DNA from: Euglena gracilis
Taxonomy: Eukaryota
Length of the DNA: 64,000 nucleotides
Direction: 5' to 3'
Assembly: GCA_039621445.1 (NCBI GenBank)
Contig: CP154954.1
Span: 47,533,847 to 47,597,846, forward strand
Shown: one piece after another, positions 11,176 through 23,473 of the stretch
Position numbering within the stretch: position 1 is the stretch's first letter
Layout of the letters: every line of letters starts with the position of its first letter
Program-made: the position numbers and the translations under genes
The notes under the pieces: generated by a model
Database searches by the model: none
What the model was told of the DNA's origin: nothing
The model's input: the letters and a program-made list of their open reading frames with translations, nothing else

Positions 11176-14100
11176 CTCGTACTCCCTCGAGGAAAACCGA
11201 CAAGGGGGGAGGGACACCGAGGGCGAAACACAAAGACCTTGTGAGGCCATGCCTTGCTCGCCGGCGGTGTTGTTTGGATTGTTTACACGTTGGTTGTCAC
11301 GACCCGCCGTTGGACGGCCACGGGGCAGCTCATACTGCTTGCCGTGGCACGCCCTCAGACGGGGAACTACACCCAAGGTCCGGCCAACCAGTGTCTCGTC
11401 CTTGGGCGCAGTTACGCGCGCCGGTCGATCCCCGCGGTATGCCCTCTGCCCGTACGGGATCGACCAGGACTCACACGGCGGACCTTGGGTCTCGAACCCA
11501 CGACCTCCCGCGCGTGTGAGCCCAGCACCTTACCGAATAAGCTACTCGAGCGATACTCGGCTTGGTACTACGCGCCGGCTACCAACCTCCGTAGGATCTC
11601 CCGTCTGCCGCACACACTCCCCTCCCAAGAGCCTTACTACACTAGCCCACTGCGTCACTATGGCCGTGGCCCCTGCAGCTCGGGTTATGCCTCACACGGC
11701 CCTAGTTGGCTGAGTGCTTCTCACGAGTACTGCGTCACCAGGCTGCCGACCCCTGCAGCTCGGGTTTGCTATTGCCGGCAGTTTACGTGTTGTCGACTTC
11801 CACGGGCTCTGCCTCCTTGGAGCTCCCCCTTTGCATCGGCTTGAGACTTTGGAACGGTGTAGGAGTTTCAGTCGCCCTAGACTCGGCGCGTCCGCCTCCG
11901 CCTTCCGGGCGCCGTGGGGTCAGGCTCTGATTTCCCGGTTCGTGTGGCATTGGACGGGTTCCCCTGCTACCATGTTTACACGTTGGTTGTCACCACCCGC
12001 CGTTGGACGGCCACGGGGCAGCTCATACTGCTTGCCGTGGCACGCCCTCAGGCGGGGAACTACACCCAAGGTCCGGCCAACCAGTGTCTCGTCCTTGGGC
12101 GCAGTTACGCGCGCCGGTCGATCCCCGCGGTATGTCCTCTGCCCGTACGGGATCGACCAGGACTCACACGGCGGGACCTGGGTCTCGAACCCACGACCTC
12201 CCGCGTGCGAGCCCAGCACCTTACCGAATAAGCTACTCGAGCGATACTCGGCTTGGTACTACGCGCCGGCTACCAACCTCCGTAGGATCTCCCGTCTGCC
12301 GCACACAATTGTTTGCTGTGTTGTTTGGATTGTTTGCTGCGTGACTTCTTGCCCCTTGGGGGGTCCCCCCCCTCTCCCCCCCTGGCCCCCACTCTCTGAC
12401 CAAGGGCTCTTGAACACACATTTTCTTTTACAGGTGGGGGGGTCGGGCTCACAAGGTCTTTGTGCTTCGTCCTCGGTGTCCCTTCCTCCCTTGTCGGTTT
12501 TCCTCGAGGGAGTACGAGACACCTCGGGCTCCGCACTTTGCCCTTGTGAGGCCTGATTGTGCACTGAAATTAAGAGGGCCAGGGCATTTTCCAGGGCACC
12601 TTGGGCACCAAGTCTTTGATAATGGGCTGTAAAAGCCTCCACCCCCTCCACTGACCAAATTCACAAACTTCTTGGGCAGAAAGGCCGAATTTTTTGAGTA
12701 AACCAACTCCTGCCCCTCTGGTGGACTGGGCCAGCCAAACCTGCGGGGAGCCCACATGTTTGGCAAAAATTTGTTTTCTGATAGAAGCAACGGTGTTTGC
12801 ACTTATGGCTCTGAAGGGGGTTTTAATGAAATCAGGAGAGGCCCCCAGGTCTCACGAATAAACGTGTGGCAGCCACATAACCCATCATTAAATGAAAAGG
12901 GCTTATTTGTGGGCACTGGGGTATGGACACAAATCTCTTTCCCACTTGTCGAATTTTTCGACCTTACGTTCAATTTTGCTGTAGGGTGCCCTACCCAACA
13001 CACTGGTGGTTCGTTTGACTTGTGCCAGGTCGGAAGATCTGTATAAACAGAGGATTCGTGAGCAAAAGATCAGTTGTGTGCGCAATGTACAACTATCAGT
13101 GGGCAAAGGGACCTTGCTAGCCACAGGAGGATTGGGAGTGGATCCCAAAATGCCCCATACTTTTCCAGGTTCTGGTTCCAAAGCCTCTTGTAGGGAGTTA
13201 ACAGGGTGTGGAATCTCAGCCCACCAAACCCAGGAATCAAAGCATAGCACTATATGCATTACGGGCTTGGGCCTTGGAAAATTGGAATAATTGAATTAAA
13301 GCGTCAGCCACTTGGTCTGTGGTGGCTTCAGGGGGGGCACCCCCATGTGTTCCAAAATGACCCACAGAAGTGCAAAAGCACTCTGATAACGCTTTAGGTT
13401 GGGGTTTTCCCCAAGAAACCGTTAATGGTCTGAACCTGAATTTGTTTCCCCTCCAAAATTTGCCTGAGCAAATCATGCAAAACAGGGGCCACCTGGGGGG
13501 TGGCATTTTTCCCCCCTGCAGTTGGTGAACATACCGCTGTAGGGGGTGATTTTCAGGCAGGGGGTCCCTGGAACTTTCATTTTTATTAATTCGGGCCACC
13601 ACGTGGCTGAATCCCAGTAGGGGGTGACCATCAAAACTTTGGTCTGGGGAAACATTTTCAACCTGGGTAGAAATTGTGGAATTATTGACCAGGGGGGTTT
13701 GCATAAAGATCCCCCATGTTGTCCAGTGGACATTGTAATGCATTTACTGCTGTGGCCTCCCAGTGGGGCCACCTGGCCACAAATTGGGGCAGTTTTTTTG
13801 TTGCCTTGGGAGGCAAATAAATCTGTTTCCAGATGTAGGAAACCTTTGAATTGCTTTCTGAGCTATTGAAAAAGTTGGGGGTCTAAGGAGTAATCCCCCC
13901 TGTCCATTTCCCATCTGCTTATGGGGTCTGCCAGGCATTCTTTTGAAGGTACCCAGTTCACTTGAAGGGAAACTTGTTTCTCCATGCACCATTTGAAAAA
14001 AGGGTCTTAGCATTTTGTTGAAGGGGTCCTTTCTGCCCCCCCCTTTTGTCAGGTAATAGTAGATTGCTTGGTTGTCCACTGACAAAGAAACAGTTTCCCC

Positions 14101-16717
14101 AGGTTTGCTCAAACTTTTTACAGTGCTTATTGCTGCACTCAGCTCCTTTACATTTATGTGTAAAATGGAGCCTTTTCTCCAAAGTTCCTGCACAATTTCT
14201 CCTGTGTGGATGTCCAGCCCCCCCCAGGCATGGGTGCTGTCGTCTGAGTGTAACTCCCCTGGTTGCATTTTGGGGGAAGGGTCTGCCCCCCCAGGTGTCC
14301 AGCAGAGTTTTTATTTCCCTTAATTGGGCCTTGATTTCCTGGGAAATGGGGTGTTTTGAGTCCCAGGGGGCTGTGGACTTTGCCACCAAAAAATTTGCCA
14401 GGGTGTCTGTAAAAGCCCTTAAAAAGGGCAGGGCCATTAGGTTGAATCTTATTTGACCCAAAATGGCAGCCAGCTGCCTTTTTGACATGTAATCTTTTTT
14501 CACAACTTTTCCTAGCTCCTTTTTTATGGTTTTGGCTTCTGGGGGGGCACCTGCTGCTTTCCTTCCTGGAAGTTTAGTTGAAAACCCAGATGGGTTACCA
14601 CTTGGGAGGGCTGGAGGGTGGACTTTTTCACATTGATTTTGAACCCTGAATTCAGTAAATCTTTGACGACTGTGTTCAGGTTATTTTGTAAAGTGCTTTG
14701 GGTAGGGTCCACCGGCAAAATGTCGTTCAGGTAAATAAAGACCTGGATGCCCCTTTTTCTCCACATCTTTTCGAAAGTTTTCATAACTGACGTGAAAATT
14801 TGGGGCATTACATTTAGCCCAAAGCAGCCTGTTTGAAATTCCCAGGTCTGCCCCCCCACCTGATGCCTTAAAAATGGCCTTAGGCCTGGACTTAATGGAA
14901 TATGGAAATAGGCATCCTTCAGGTCTATTTTTGCTGCCCAGTGACCTTTTTCCAAAACTGGAAAAATGTGCTGGATATGATCCAGCTTGAAAGGTTTTAC
15001 CTGAAACTGCTGATTCAGTTCTCTGCAGTCGCTGATCATTCTCCACTTGGTTGTTCCCCCCCCCTATGGTTTTGAAATTGAAAACCATGGGATCAAATGC
15101 TGGGTTTCTGAATCCCAAACTCGTTTCACTGACCCAGTTTTTTTCGTAATCCAGAAGAATTTTTTCTGCCTGGTTTAGGTCCAAGTTGGCTCTGGGTTTT
15201 GGATGGGTGGACAACTTTGGGGGATTTACCCAGGGGGGTTGAATCCCATTTTTGATCAATTGACATGTTGCTGGGGGGCATGTTTTGACCACCATTGGAG
15301 ACTTTTTTGAAGTCTCTGGTACAGGGGGTGTCTCCCCATTTTTCCTCCATGGAATTTATTTTCCCAACTAGATGATTTTCTGGGGGCTGGGTGGGGGGCG
15401 TTGGACATTTCACAGCCCCTAGAGCCCCTAGGGCTTGAGCCCTTGGAAAAAGAAAATGTTTCTGGGGGGATGTGCACGCACTCTCTCCCTCTCTGCTCAC
15501 ACTCTCTCTGGAGGACCTTGTTGTTGGTTTCCATACCATAGGGCTTACTGCCCCGGATTTGCCTGTCTGGCCTTCTTGATGTTGATGGTGTTGGTAGCCA
15601 TACCATAGGGGGGCCACTGTGGGTCCCCCCCTTGCTGATTGAGCAGATATAAATGCTGGTGGGGAGTCTTCCCCTTCCTGTTCCTCCTGGGGCTGGGCAG
15701 GGGGCTGCCCATTTAAATACAAAGCCCTTGCAGGGCTGCCCCTTAGCTTCCGGCGGGGCCTGTGATGGACCCCCCTTGTGATCTTGTTGCAATTGATCTG
15801 CTTGATATTTCTGGCCCCACTGGCCTTGATGATAACTTGAAAGGCCACAAAGGCCTAATTGATTTCTGGGTCGCCATGCCCAATTGAAATCTTGAGGGGT
15901 TCTTGGGGCCCAACCCTTGACCCCTGGGGGGTGGTGTGATTGGGAAATGATGGGGATGGTGTGTCTGACCTTTTCTGCCCCTGCCATGTCCTGTGGGGCC
16001 TTGGTGCTGGTGGCAACCTTGGCCTTTGTTCCAGCGACTTTGGATGGTGTAGATGCCTTCATGGCTGGTTGTGCCGTCATGGCCTTTTTTGCCTCCATGG
16101 CCTGTGCGGCTCTGGCTGCAATAGCCCCGCTTGAACACATGATGTGTTTTGGAAAGTTGGCCACCATGGCCCTGGTTCCAATGGCCGCAGTGGCCTGCTG
16201 GTTGTTGCTTCTGCTCCTTGCGGGGTCTTCTGACCACTGTCTGCCAGGGTCCGTGGCCATCACTTTCGGGGGTTTGGGTTGTAAAAGTTTCTTTTGGGGA
16301 AATTTCTTTTGGGGAAGGGGCAGCCACGGTTCGCCACAGTCGACCCGCGCTGTCAGGTTGTCCAGGTGCTGCGGTTTCTGCTGCTGCCCCTTGAAGTTCT
16401 CCAGCGCTGTTCGTCTTGGAAATTGCATCTTTCATTGAAATCTTTCAGATACTTCAACAATTTCTGTTTTGAGGTTCTGCACGAGCGTCTCTTTCTGGAT
16501 ATTTTGAATTGATTGATTGACTTCTTCTTCTTCCAATTGATATGGTATTTGACGTTTTTTCTTCTGGGTGTCGAAGGGCAAATTAAGAATCAGCCAACTC
16601 CGGCGAAAAAAAGGCACTAAGCAGGTACTCCTAACCCAACGCAGCAAACAATCCAAACAACACCGCCGGAGAGCAAGGCATGGCCTCACAAGGGCAAAGT
16701 GCGGAGCCCGAGGTGTC
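11176..16717 (-). mobile_element. DIRS1-type retrotransposon B (family 2), degenerate
   Basis: Left ITR at ~16590-16693 and ICR at 12448-12553. The right ITR is interrupted by an LTR element and partly deleted. Fragmented RT (active site reads YLND), RNase H, methylase and YR (LYRSSD). Confidence 0.93.
11280..12307 (-). mobile_element. TRIM-like non-autonomous LTR retroelement
   Basis: Two near-identical TG...CA repeats (11280-11616, 11973-12307) around a ~355-bp core with no recognisable domain. On the minus strand, PBS TGGTAGCAG follows the 5' LTR and polypurine tract GGGAGGGGAG precedes the 3' LTR. Confidence 0.88.
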
Positions 16718-16894
16718 CATACTTTTGCTTGATAAGGTTGCTGGTGCCCCGGGATGGCAGTGAGGGACGGAGGGCCTTCACGGGCGGGGGAGAGAAAAGG
16801 TGTGTCCCCCGGACTGCTTCTTGAAAAGAGGGGGAAAGCACAAAAAGGCGACAAAACTTACACTCGCGAAGATCTGAGTAAATATAACTATCAA

Positions 16895-19404
16895 GGCACT
16901 TCGGTCTCTGCCATTGTGAGGCCATGCCTTGCTCGCCGGCGGTGTGGGTGTGATTGGGGCCATTCGGGCTCCGCACTGCGAGATGGTGAGGTCCTGCTTT
17001 CCTTGCCGGGTGGGGGGGTTGGGCCCACCATCTCCTTGTGCTTCGCCCTCTTGGTCCCTTCCTCCCCTTTCCTGTGTCGTGGGAGGCCGAGTTGGAACTT
17101 CGTGCCTTGTCGCCGGCGTTGACTGACCCTTAACTTTCCCTTCGACGCCCAGAAGAAAGGAAAAGAGTTCACGAACAAAGGAGAACCAAGTCAATATAAA
17201 TTCAATATCCAGAAGGGCACGAACCACGCAAATATCAAATGAAAAGTCAATCATCAAATCTCAATTTTGAATTCAACGAAAATGCTGTGGAAAAAAAATT
17301 GGAATTATATGGCCGCGGATGTCCTGCAGCAGTGGCCGCAGCAGCTGTACAACTTGGGGATGCGGTAGACACGTGGAAACCGGTGGCCGTTCTTCCCCCC
17401 CCCCCCCAGACCCCGACGCCAGAAATTTCCCAGCACAACCCCCCTCCCGAGTGACGGCCGCGGTCTTTGGACCATTGTGGCCAGAAGGCCCAGAAAACAG
17501 AAGTCAGCAAGTGGGCAAAGGATGGGCCATAGAGGCCCAAAATGCTTCACAAATGGACATCCAAAACCCACACATGAAGGGCATTGCCCCCCCAAAGGCG
17601 CCCAGTGGCCTGCACACAAATTGGTCAAAGGATGGGGAGACGGGATCAATGTCAAGGTGATCACCACTGCAGGGGCGATGGGGGCCACTTTTACAAGCAA
17701 ATCCCCTCAGGAAGGGGCAGAAGAGGTCTGTCAAGCCCCCCCCCCCAATTCATCTGGCACAACAGCCCCTCTCAAGGGGAAAAGGGGGGGCCACTGCAGC
17801 CCCCATATTTACAGTGGTTTTGGAGACCAAGAATAACTCAAGACCTGGAAGACCAAAAGGTGGATTATGGAAGTAAATTTGCACAGGGAGACCTTGGAGG
17901 ACAGCAGGGTGGACCCACAGTGGCCACCAAGAAGCTAAGGAAGTTGCTGGAGAAACCACCCGAGGGACCCACGAGGCCCTCTGTCAAAAAAAAATGGGAA
18001 AAAGGGACCCACGGTGGCCCTTTCAATGCTCCAGGAAGAAAAGGGACCCACAGCGGCCCTTTTGGAGGGAGGGGAAGTAACCCCTCCAACATTCACTTCT
18101 CAATTCCCGAAAATTCAATCAAGGGGGGACCCACAAGGCCCCCCTATGGTATGCCCACCAACCACATCAACATGGAGAAGACCTGAAAGACAAAACAGGG
18201 GTATTAAGCCCTGTGGTATGTCCTCCAACAACAAGACCCTCCAGAGAGGTGAGCAGAGAGGGAGAGAGTGCATGCACATCCCGCCAGAAAAAAATTCCTT
18301 TTCCAAGGGCTCAAGCCCTAGGGGACCTAGGGGTGCAATGTCCAACACCCCAAGCCCAGGCCCCCCAAAATCATCTTATCCAGGAAAAAAATCTTATCCA
18401 TGGAGTAAAAATGGGCAGACACCCCCCTCCATCAACGATCCTAAAATGAAGGACAAACAATGCCCCGCCAACAACATGTCAACTCATCAAGGATGGAAAC
18501 CCCCTGGGTAAGCCCACCAAAATTGCCCACCCATCCAAAACCCAGAGCAAATTTAAACCTTCACCGAGCAGAAAAAACACTGCAGGATTAAGAAAAATCT
18601 GGGTCTGTAGAGAGGGAGAGGGAAGGTTCCAAGTAAAACCTTTCAAGCTAGATCACATCCAGCACATTTTTCCAGTGTTGGAAAAAGGCCACTGGGCAGC
18701 AAAAATAGACCCGAAGGATGCTCACTTCCACATCCCAGTAAGCCAGGTCTTAAGGCCATTTCTAAGACATCGGGTGGGGGGGGCAGACCTGGGAATTCCA
18801 GGCAGGCTGTTTTTGGCCTGAATGTAATGTCCCAAGTTTTCATGTCAGTAATGAAGACATTCGAAAAGCTGTGGAGGAAAAGGGGCATCCAAGTTTTTAT
18901 TTACCTCGAAGATGTTTTAATGGTGGCCCCAACACAAAACATCTTACAAAATCACCTGAACACAGCGGTCAGGGATTTAATCAAATCAGGATTCAAAATC
19001 AACCTAAAAAAGTCCACCCTGCACCTAAATCGTAAATCATCTTGGGTTTTAACTAAACTTACAGGACAGAAAATTATAGGTGCCCCCCAGAAAATTAAGA
19101 CAGTAAAAAAGGAGCTGGGAAAAATGGGCAAAAAGATTACATGTCAAAAAGGCAGCTGGCTGCCATTTTGGGCCAAATCAGGTGCAATCTGATGGCCCCA
19201 GCCTTTCCAAGGGCCTTTGTGGATGCCCGAGAAAAATTTTTGGTGGAAAATTCCAAAGCCCCCTGGGACTCAAAACACCCATTTCCCAAAGAATAAAGGA
19301 CCAATTAAGAGAAATAAAACTTCTGCTGGACACCTGGTGGCAGACCCTTCCCCCAAAGTGCAACCAGGGAGTTTTGCTCAGACAGAAGCACCCGTGCCTG
19401 GGGA
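16895..19404 (+). mobile_element. DIRS1-type retrotransposon E (family 2), degenerate, interrupted by element C
   Basis: Decayed left end, then gag-like and RT remnants (YLED) colinear with element D. Stops in RNase H at 19404 and resumes briefly at ~22999-23014. Confidence 0.88.
16958..17091 (+). mobile_element. 134-bp miniature family-1 DIRS derivative inside the left ITR of E
   Basis: The family-1 left end (ccattcgggctccgcactgcgagatggtgagg...) is joined to the family-1 right-extension sequence, which ends ccgag. Confidence 0.85.
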
Positions 19405-22400
19405 GACACCTCGGGCTCCGCACTTTGCCCTTGCGAGGTCATGCCTTGCTCGCCGGCGGTGTTGTTTTGATTGTGTGCTGCGTTGGGTTAGGAGTCCCTG
19501 CTTAGTGCCTTTTTCCTCGGAGTTGGCTGATTCCTAATTTGCCCTTCGACTCCCAGAAGAAAGGAACGTCAAATACCTCATCAATTGAGAAAAGAAGAAG
19601 ACAATCAATCAATTCAAATTTTCCAGAAAGTCACGCTCGTGCAGAACCTCAAATCAAAAGTTGTTGAATTTTTTGAAAGAAGTCAATGAAAGATGCAACG
19701 TCTAAGAAACACAGCGCTAGAAAACTTCAAGAGGGCAGCAGCAGCTGGACAACCTGACGACGCGGGGGGCCAGCTGGAAGGGGGAGACTCCCCACCAGCA
19801 TTTATTCAGTCAACAAGGGGGGGACCCTCAGAGGCCCCCTAGGGTATGGCTACCAACCCCATCAATATCAAGCAGACCAGAGAGGCCAAACAGGGGCAGT
19901 AAGCCCTGTGTGGTATGTGTTCCAACAACAACATGCTCCAGAGAGAGGAGAGAGCAAGCACACCCCCCAGTAACATTTTGTTTTTCCAAGCGCTCTAGCC
20001 CTAGGGGCTCTAGGGGCTGTGAAATGTCCAGCACTCCCTACCCAGCCCCTAAACAATCATCTAATTCAGGAAAGAAATTCCATGGAGGAAAAATGGGGAG
20101 ATACCCCCTGTACCAGAGACTTCAGAAATGTACAAAATGGTAGCAACATGTCAATTGATTGATCAACGGAATTCAACCCCCCTGGGTAAATCCCCCAAAG
20201 TTGTCCACCCACCCAAAACCCAGAGCCAATCTGGACCTGAACCAGGCAGGAAAAATCCTGTTGGATAACGAAAATACTGGCTCAATAAAACGAGTTTGTG
20301 ATTCAGAATCCCAGCATTTAATCCCATGGTTTCTAATTTCGAAACCAGAGGGGGGAACAACCAAGTGGAGAATGATCAGCGACTGCAGAGAAATAAATCA
20401 GCAATTTTAAGTAAAACCTTTCAAGCTGGATCATATCCAGCACATTTTTCCAGTTTTGGAAAAAGCCCACTGGGCAGCAAAAATAGACCTGAAGGATGCC
20501 TATTTCCATATTCCATTAAGTCCTGGCCTAAGGCCAATTTTAAGGCATCAGGTATGGGGGCAGAGCTGGGAATTTCAAACAGGATGCTTTGGGTTAAATG
20601 TAATGCCCCAACTTTCATGTCAGTAATGAAAACATTCGAAAAACTGTGGAGAAAAAGTGACATCGAGGTCATTATTTACCTGGACGACATTTTGCTGGTG
20701 ACCTCCACCCAAAACATTTGAACATTGAACAGAGTTGTCAAAGATTTGCTGAATTCAGGGTTAAAAATCAATGTGAAAAAGTCTACCCTGCAGCCCACCC
20801 AAGTGGTAACCCACCTGGGTATCCAACTAAACTTCCAGGAAGGAAAGCTGCAGGTGCCCCCCCAGAAAGTCAAAACCATAAAAAAGAAGCTGGGAAAAAC
20901 CGTGAAAAAGGATTAACTGTCAAAAAGGCAGTTGGCTGCCATTTTGGGTCAAATAAGGTGCAATCTATTGGCCCTGCCCTTTTTAAGGGCTTTTACAGAC
21001 ACCCTGGCAATTGGTGGCAAAGTCCACAGCCCCCTGGGACTCAAAACACCCCATTTCCCAGGAAATCAAGGCCCAATTAAGGGAAATAAAAACTCTATTG
21101 GACACCTGGGGGGGCAGACCCTTCCCCCAAAATGCAACCAGGGGGTTGCACTCAGACGGCAGCACCCATGCCTGGGGGGGGCTGGACATCCACACAGGAG
21201 AAATTGTGCAGGAATTTTGGAGAAAAGGCTGGTCGTGATTATTCGTGCTACCCAAAAATCGCCCGTTTTTTTTTTAACTTATCCTGCCCAGAAAACCAAT
21301 GCACACTCCTCATCTATTGTGTATCACCTCCAACGGCAGAAATATCAAAAACGAAACTCTATGACCACCGAAATTGGACAACAATATTGAACATAAAGCA
21401 AAGCTGCAGACAGAAAGTGACAATGACAATAACAAGTGAAAATGACGTTGTTGCTGACGCCCCCCCGGTCAATAATTCAACAATTTCGGCCCAGGTTGAA
21501 AATGTTTCCCCAGACCAAAGTTTTGATGGTCACCCCCTACTGGTATTCAGCCATCTGGTGCCCCCAATTAATGAAAATGAAAGTGCCAGGGACCTCCTGC
21601 CTGAAAATCACCCCCTACATGGGGTATGTTCACCAATTTAGGGGGGAACAAATGCCACCCCCCAGGTGGCCCCTGCTTTGCATGATTTTTTCAGGCAAAT
21701 TTTGGAGGGGAAACAAATTCAGGTTAAGACCATTAAAGATTTACTGGGGATAAACCCCAGTTTAAAGTGTCATCAGAGTGCTTTTGCACTTCTGTGGGTA
21801 ATTTTGAAACACATGGGGGTGCCCCCCGCTGAAGCCACCACTGACCAAGTGGCTGACGCTTTTATAAAATTATTCCAATTTTCCAAGGCCCAAGCCCGTA
21901 ATGCATACAGTGCTATGCTTTTGATTCCTGGGTTTGGTGGGCTGAGATTCCACACCCTGTTAACCCCCTATAAGAGGCTTTGAACTAAAACCTGGAGAAG
22001 TATGGTGCTTTTGGGATCCCCTCCCAGTCCTCCTGTGGCTAGCAAGGTCCCTTTGCCCACTGATATTTGTACGTTGCGTACCCAGCTGATTTTTTGCTCA
22101 CGAATTCTCTGTTTATATCGATCCTCTGACTTGGCACAAGTCAAACGAACCACCAGTGTTTTGGGTATGGCACCCTACATTTAATTTAAACGTAAAGGCC
22201 AAAAGTCTCACAAGTGGGAAAGGGTGGTGTCCATTCCCCAATGCCCACAAATAAGCCCCTTTCATTTAATGATGTCTCATGTGGCTGCTACACGTTCATT
22301 CGTCAGACCTGGGGGCCCCCTTCTAATTTCTTTAAAACCCCCCCCTTCAGGGCCATAAGTGCAGACACTGTGGCTTCTATCACAAAAGATTTTTTGGCCA

Positions 22401-22998
22401 AGCATGGGGTGACCCCCCAGGTGTGGGGGGCCCACTCCACCAGAGGGGCAGGAGTTGGTTTACTCAAAAAATTCGGCCTTTCTGCCGAAGAAGTTTGTGA
22501 AATTGGCCAGTGGTGGAGGGGGTGGAGGCTTAAACAGCCCACTATCAACGACTTGGTGCCCAAGGTGCCCTGTAAAATGCCCTGGCCCCCCTAATTTCAG
22601 TGCACAATCTGGCCTCACAAGGACAAAGTGCGGATCCCGAGGTGTCTCGTACTCCCTCGAGGCAGACCGAGAAGGGAGGAAGGTACACCGAGGGCGAAGC
22701 ACAAACAACTTGTGAGCCCGCCCCCCCCCCCCGTAAAAGAAAAGCCCTCAGTCAGAAAATGGGGGCCAGGGAGGACAGAGGGGGGGACACCCCCCCAGGG
22801 GCAAGAAGTCACGGCGCCAAGTCGGAGCAGCATCGTCAGCCAACTCCGGCGAGGCGGCGCTAAGCAGGGCCTCCTAACCCAACGCAGCAAACGATCAAAA
22901 CAACACCGCCGGCGAGCAAGGCATGGCCTCACAAGGTCTTTGTGCTTCGCCCTCGGTGTCCCTTCCTCCCTTGTCGGTTTTCCTCGAGGGGGTGCGAG
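19405..22998 (+). mobile_element. DIRS1-type retrotransposon C (family 2), internally deleted, nested in E
   Basis: Both ITRs and an ICR (~22612-22716), RT YLDD and YR HSTRGAG. Gag region shortened. Part of RNase H/methylase is replaced by unrelated DNA at ~21231-21460. Flanked by GAG on both sides. Confidence 0.92.
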
Positions 22999-23473
22999 GG
23001 CTGGGCACTCGAATTCATGCGTTCGTTCCATGACCACAAATTCCATGACCACACACTCGTTTGTTCCCTGGCGTTTTTGGCGAAGGGACAGGCAGGAGGC
23101 CTAGAGCTTTCCAGGTCCTTTGCCAAAAACCCTTTCCTCCGCACTTTGTTTGAAGACGCTCGATTTAGAGAGGCACGAAAACCCTGAGGACCGAGGAGAC
23201 ACCTCGGGCTCCGCACTTTGCCATTGTGAGGCCATGCCTTGCTCGCCGGCGGTTTGTTGTGTGATTGTTCGCTGCGCTGGGTTAGGAGGTCCCGCTTAGT
23301 GCCTTTTTTCGCCGGAGTTGGCTGATTCCTAAATTGCCCTTCGACACCCAGAAGAAAGGAAAAGAGTTCACGAACGAAGAAGAACCGAGAAAAGAAGTCA
23401 ATATCAATTCAATATCCAGAAGGACACGAACCAGACGAATATCAAATCAAAAGTCAATTATCAAATTTCAAAT

